Assembly: GCF_963853765.1 (NCBI RefSeq)
Contig: NC_088858.1
Span: 46,934,001-46,998,000, forward strand
DNA from: Magallana gigas
Taxonomy: Eukaryota
DNA length: 64,000 bases
Direction: 5' to 3'
Positions 57,429-64,000 of the stretch are shown here, piece after piece. Each line of letters opens with the position of its first letter. The first letter of the stretch is position 1. The translations under genes and the position numbers were made by a program. Under the pieces are notes generated by a model. It did not search any database and was not told where the DNA came from. It saw only the letters and a list, made by a program, of their open reading frames with translations.

Positions 57429-58193
57429 TTGGGATGTCAACGAGTACTCGACTTCGCTCGGTCACAACGATTATCGACTAAAATTTTCTTGGTCGATTAC
57501 TCGTAATAAAGTAAACAGAATTTAAAAATAGTAATTATTTTTTTCTTTACACGGCAGTTTTCGTTCTACGAATGTTGGCAACAGTTTTTCTTTTATCGAC
57601 ATGTTTGATCCTTAAATTTCGCTCTTTTCCATCGATGTCCCTTGTGTATTTTTGAAGCGGCTAACAAATTAATCTCTTTGATTTACTTAGACAGTCATAT
57701 ACCGTTACTTTTTACAATTTGCGTTTTTTTCTAATTAGTTATTCATTGGATTAGATGTTTGCATAACCAAAACTTTAATCATATACATATCATATACATA
57801 ATTAACTTAATGCGTTTGTTATTAAACTTAGATTTTTGATTTGGCAAAGACAATGACTTAGTACCGTTGAACAGGTCACATTTGATTTTAAGATGATACG
57901 GAGCTCAATAAAATTTAAGAGTCTAGAGATAAAAAGAGGAAGAGCCAGAACATTTTCTAACGGATATTTATAGATTACTTTCCAATTTATTTCAATTCAA
58001 ATAAAATTAGTATATGTTATCATAAATTTTTTAATGTTCTTTAATCTAAGATGAGATCAATGTGGCATAACATGATTTGATTAAAAAAAGAATCACAGTT
58101 TCGAATACGCTTAACTCATCGAGTACTCGACTATCGCTCGACTAAAGCCTCCGATTAATCAACTAAGCAAACCGAGTGAAATTGACATCCCTA
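57429..58193. mobile_element. hAT-type non-autonomous element
   Basis: TIR ttgggatgtcaa / ttgacatcccta; 8-bp target duplication attataac (57421..57428) / attataat (58194..58201); subterminal cgagtactcgact repeats. Confidence 0.75.
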
Positions 58194-59463
58194 ATTATAA
58201 TACATGTATTCACGTTTTCATGTTTATTTATCAATAGATTTCTGTATGTTTTTATTTCATGTTTGTTGCATTACAATTATTTGATATAGTTTCTTTTTAA
58301 AATTCATTTTTAATACAAATTAATGTATGCCATTCACTCACACTACAAAACTCACATAGAAGTTGAAAAAGTAAATACTAAATTATTCATGATGAAGTTT
58401 TCTTAGAAATTATGCCACATCAAAAAGGCAAGCAATTTTGGTGGTTTTTTTGGTAATATCTATTTTTTAAAAGAAATAATTTCTAAGAATAACAATTTTG
58501 TAAATATTAAACAATATCATCAAATAAAATATAAGCACCTTTTTTGAATTGGCGAAAATATGTCTCTTAACTAAAATGATTTTTTAATTTATGGCCATGT
58601 GTTTCTGTTCAAGAAAACCAATAATAACGGTTCTGGCATCGAACACAATTCTTTGACCAGACTTTCTAAAAATCTAATCAAACATTAACAACCATATTTG
58701 AGAAACTAAAACATATCAATCCAGAATCTTTTGTAGCAGATCTAGGGTCTAAATGAACATGTTTCCAGTTAAAATATATAGGTTGATTAAATCGTTAGCC
58801 CTTTGGTTTCCCAAATAGGTCTATGTTCTGATTTTGTCATTCAATGATCATAAATGTTCTATGTTCCTTTTGTACCCATGCAAAGTCTTTTGATTGATTC
58901 AAGACAATTCCACTTGATATGGTTTGACATTAAGTTATGCGAAAACGGCTTAACATTTGGCCACAACAGTTTGGCTTAACAGTAGTCTTACAGAGTATGT
59001 GTTATTTATTCTGAATCTTAACTTTCTATTGTACCATAGAGGCTCAAGTAGGATATGAATATGATTATACTCAATATTTTCCCAGAGGATCTTTTTAATA
59101 TAATATAATATATAGAGAATAATACATATCATTTTATTATTACAACTTATATCAGCCTGAGACACACAAACCAGCCAGAGGACCGAATGAACATTGTCTT
59201 AAATTTTTAATTTTTACTTTATTCTCAAGGGGAAAATACAAATGAGTTCCGGAAGGGGTAGAGTACCGATCTCTTTAAGTCCCACAGAATCCGTATCAGC
59301 CCTGGAGACTGATACGCGCATTATAAAGTTTTATATATATACATTTTTTTTTTCAAAGAACAGACATTCAGTCACACACACATACATGCACACCAACACT
59401 TATGAGACAACACCTAAATGTATTATTTAGTAATTACTTGCCTGCATGAAAAACAAAGTTTAA

Positions 59464-59950
59464 AGGGCATGGTCACGATTTTGGTCAAAAATTATTTTCC
59501 CGATTTTAATGTTAACGATGCTTTAGTAAGGCATTTTTAATAGGCAACCAAAATTTAAGTGTCATTCGTTGAGTTATAAGAGAGTTACAGAGCTTACAGT
59601 TCATATTCGAAATGTAAACAAAGCTTTTGTTTACATTTTGAATGTTGAAGTGAAAACTCCAGTTTTAGACCGAAAATGAATGTAGTAAACGTTAAGATCT
59701 GTTTATTTATGCTTAAAATGAATAAGAAGATGGGAAAATCAGCTTGGGAAAGAACCTTAACCGGTATGTTGAACTAATGTAAACAAAAACAGGACACGAG
59801 CCTTGTTTACATGACATAAAATTGTGAGCCCTGTATCTTTCTTATAACTTCACTACTGACTCTCCAATTTCATTTCGTCATTGGAAATGCATTCCTAAAG
59901 CATTGTAAATAATAAAAATAGAATTTGACCAAAATCGTGACCATGCCCCT
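59464..59950. mobile_element. Kolobok-like MITE
   Basis: ttaa|agggcatggtcacgattttggtcaaa ... tttgaccaaaatcgtgaccatgcccct|ttttaa: TIR ~27 bp in TTAA context. Confidence 0.75.
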
Positions 59951-60914
59951 TTTTAAGGAACAAAAGAGAAATAGAAAAAATAATCATATTGAAAAAAAAT
60001 GTGGACATTGACCCCTATGAATAAAATGATTCCACAGTATTCAATATTTTGTGAAGCATGTTCGATGGTGTAGTAAGTATATTCTAAAATCTTTTGATGT
60101 ATACTCTATACTTTACAATGCACGTTCACTATCTTGCTATGCATATTCGAAATAATCATTATCTTCTGATGTATACTATAATTTATTTCTTGCAATGATA
60201 CTCGATAATCTTCTTATGCACCGGTATTTGCAATAATGCATTGTGGGTAGTATGTATTTATAGAACTAACTTTTTTTGATTGGCTTTGTAAGAGCTTTTT
60301 TCAATGGTCTCAATTGTTCAAGCGAAAGTATACCTTTCTTTTTAAGAATTCATATGCATATTAATATTTGAATGTAACCTACAATTTTATGAAGATTCAA
60401 AGATATCAAAGACACATTATAAAATAACAAAAATGCATCACAAGATAATAAAAAAGTTATATTTTACAAGCCATATTTGTAGTTTCTCAACATGAAGCTT
60501 CACAACAATCTTCTAACCAAGGGATAAAGAAAATATGGAAAACGGTTCACCGAAAGTGGAGAAACATGTTGCATTTGTTACCGATGAAAAAGTATATCAA
60601 GGATAAGATATTCACATCAGTAAAATGACCGAACCGGAAAGCTTCGGAATGCAAATGGTATAAAGTATCTTGTAGAAAAATATTAAGGTACACAATTATG
60701 AACATAAAAACATAAATATGAAATTATATTTGCATACATTGTATAAAACTAAATAGAATATATCAACTTTTAAAATCAAACAGGAATGAAAGCTGATGGT
60801 TTACAAAAAAGAAACACTGGAAAATCTTTAAAACAGTCGCTGAAAAAGTAAAAATAATGATTTATTAGATATGATTAAGTATAGTGGGAATAATGTCAGA
60901 TATAGTTCATTTAA

Positions 60915-61981
60915 TTAAATTGACGCTGAATAATTAAGTATGTTTGCAAAATTTACCATTGGTCTTGAATGAAAGACAGGGATATCATGAACTTGTCGTG
61001 GGACGTCACTTCCATCTAATTTGGGACTAAACAAAATGCCTCTTCGGAAAAAGTACTTAATGATATTGGTTCTTCTGACTGCTGCGGCGGGTGCTGCATC
61101 ATTGAATCGACTTCGGTCCGACTCCCTCCAATCTCCAAAGTACTCCCACCTACCGCTAGGTGGCGCCCAAGTATCCACAAGGTTGTGTGGATCCGTGAAT
61201 CTCCACTCCATTATTTCATCCACATCCACGTTATTCTGGTTACGGTTACCGGTCTTACTTTTATTGATTTCCATCATTCGCCCCATGAGTGTATTATAGT
61301 ACTGACGGTGAGACAGCATGTTATTTAGGATCGTGTTGGTGCCTAGTTGCCCTGTGTTCTGTGTGAAAGATCGGTGAACTGGCATACTTTGTTTTGGGCC
61401 TGAAGCAAATCGTCCTAATACAAAATCTGCCCCTTGCAGTATCACCACGCCGAGGAATAGCCATTGGTAGAATAGCTCGAACATCTGCATAGGATAAAAA
61501 TAAACTATTACAGTCACATATTACTGCAGATGTTACCTTAATTAGGTATTACATTGTAGATATGTAAATAACTTTTTAAATAAATCGTCGTTTTAAATTT
61601 ATACTTGGCATTTTTATATATAGAGGTGCAATTAATGATACAAACTCGTCTGGTAATTCGTTGCTCGTATAAAGCAAAGTGTTTATTTTTGGTCGGTCAA
61701 TTACCTTTTATGTAGATGTTTATTATTTTAATAACCTGGCTAATTATGACAAATTTAAGCAAGCAATACTTTTATCCCGTGATTTATTTCGGTTTTGTCT
61801 TCATACGTTTACCACAACATGAATACATATAATTCATTAACTACTTTTCATTAACAATCGCATCTATGAACAGAGGAATACAAACTTTGAACCGTTGAAC
61901 GTGTTTTGAAATTTCACACTCTCTCCTAACGACAAGATTTCATTGAACTCTTACATTGTTGGTAAAATTTATCGAAGCCAT
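60915..61981 (-). CDS. Secreted Asn/Arg/Trp-rich orphan protein, ~198 aa (or 189 aa from ATG 61484)
   Basis: The main exon 60915..61484 starts at acceptor tatgcag|ATG. A candidate first exon 61955..61981 (ATG GCT TCG ATA AAT TTT ACC AAC AAT|gtaaga) joins in frame. Hydrophobic N-terminus LFYQWLFLGVVILQGADFVLG; AATAAA at complement 60861..60866. Confidence 0.7.
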
Positions 61982-64000
61982 TGCTTTGGAGATTTTACTT
62001 GATTAACAGACCTACCTTGTTTCCCCTGTTGAATGCCAACTGTTCTCCTAATCTTGTGTCAGATTCACTTATAACAGCAATATCATTGTGCATTCAAGCG
62101 ACTACATCAAATATCAAAAGCTATCAAACTTGTCAACTCTTTTTATCAATACAGTTTCCCGGATCATATTTTCTTACGTATAGCCAACCACTGAAAATTA
62201 TTAAAGGTGTTCATCAAGTTTATCTGCATAAATATATTGCACGCGCGTGGGATCAATATTAATGCCCAACTTGCGAACAGAAGTTTCGTTTTAATAAATT
62301 CACAGGTAAAACAGTACAAAAGGCGTGTCAAAACTAAATCTAAAAATAATTTTGATTTCCATATATTAATACGAGACGAATATCTTCATATAAATGGATT
62401 GGATCTGCTCTTGTAGTAAATTCTAAAAATATATGCGTAATTAAAGTAAAACAGAAACGCTTCATTATTTTCTGATTTATGATCAAGATATACAATGGTT
62501 GTCGATCAAATGTGATTTGACTTGCACTTCTTGTTGTAAATTTTTTTTATATATCTTTTTATATTTGATTAATGCAATGCACTTTTAAGATTATATTCAC
62601 CTTAAAGAAAACATATGCACACCGTGTAACTAATTGATAAACTTCATAATTTATGGATCGTTAAAGTATCATTTCTGAAGCATGATTTTTTTATTAAAAG
62701 AAGTATGCCCTTTAATATTTTATTCGAATAATTTTGAATTTTTGTGTTAAAGTGGAAAACATATTTTGGTAAAGTAACACACTGTAGTGTGTAAAATCTG
62801 TTGCGTATAAATGTATGATATTAATATATAATAATTCATGTCCTGTTTTGTCAACAAGACGTTTTATTTTTAAAAATATAAAACTCTTAATAAAAATAAT
62901 AAAAATCTTTTGTTCATATTTTCAAACCTATGGGTTTAATCTCTTTAAAGATAGGTAAATTTTTTTTATTAAAACAATAAAACATCATGACATATTGACA
63001 TTACTGGACATGATTTATTAGATATTAAGGTGATATGGGACATCTGTTGATATTAAGCAGATATAAGGACATTATACCAAAATACTTTCACCGGTTTAAA
63101 ATTTTCCAACTTTACTAAATTTGACCAAAACTACATTTCGAATTTTTTGGGAAGGTAGAAATAATAAAAGGCATTTTATACGGAAATACGTCATAATATG
63201 GATGAGTCCCATATCAAATTACATAAGTGTAATATCATACATTTACATGTATCACACCAATTTCAATCTATTCGGTGTGTTACTTGCCTCCAAAACAGAT
63301 TTCCAATTTCTCATAAAAAAAACTCAAAAATTTCGTTTAAAATTTTTTAAAAGTACATATCCTTTTTTAAACAACGATATCGTATTATAGAAATCATATT
63401 TTAATAATCCATAAAAAAAATTGGTGTAGCAATCTTCTTTAAGTTTATTTCTTTGAAATATTGGAATAAGATTAATATCAAACACAGGTAAAATGTTGAT
63501 TTTCCTGAAATTGTTGTGATAAGAAAAAAAAAATTTAGTCTCCATTTTCCTCGGTGACATATTGTTAACTATCAAAAATGTATAAAACAATCAAGTTTTA
63601 AAAAATGTACTTCTTACTTTTCGTCAGTGACATATCGTTAATTATTAAAAATGCATTAAAACAAACTTTCTTAACCACAAAATACAAATGTCTTGACAGA
63701 AGAGTGATTTTAAATTTACGAACACGGAAATAACAATAATAATAAAAGGGATAGTTAAAACCTCTTACATGGAATCGGAAATTCCTGGTAATGTGTGCAC
63801 ATCCCTACGGAAAGGTCAAAATGAATTGCAGAAATGAAATTGTATACGGTAGGGGTTTTTGATGCAGGGTGTGGTCAAAATGCTTATTTGGTGTTTACTT
63901 AATTTGTATAATGTTTAAAAACATATACTGACATAGAATAAACATTGACTGCATATTTAGGGGGAAAAAACCATTAAGCTGTCATCTATGATAATATTTC

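Overview
This window is AT-rich eukaryotic DNA, not prokaryotic. The repeat content (Helentron-type elements carrying ~166-bp satellite arrays) points to an oyster of the Crassostrea/Magallana group; this is inferred, not verified. Bases 324-36172 (+) hold 39 coding exons of one large gene, spliced by eye with GT-AG junctions and continuous reading frame (5777 nt, ~1924 aa, 5' end outside the window). It encodes a kinase-less Roco GTPase: C2 - unassigned ~260 aa - LRR with an EF-hand island - Roc - COR - TIR - TIR - Roco C-terminal domain - CaaX (CSVM*). Only the second TIR keeps the NADase catalytic Glu position. A B-box/coiled-coil (TRIM-like) gene is nested antisense in the intron between COR and TIR1. 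The right half carries three small minus-strand genes for predicted secreted proteins: a Val-rich basic orphan, a Gly/Tyr-rich (GGLGQY)n shell-matrix-like protein and an Asn/Arg/Trp-rich orphan. Non-autonomous transposons, minisatellites and microsatellites are scattered throughout. All domain calls come from motif recognition by eye; no database searches were run.
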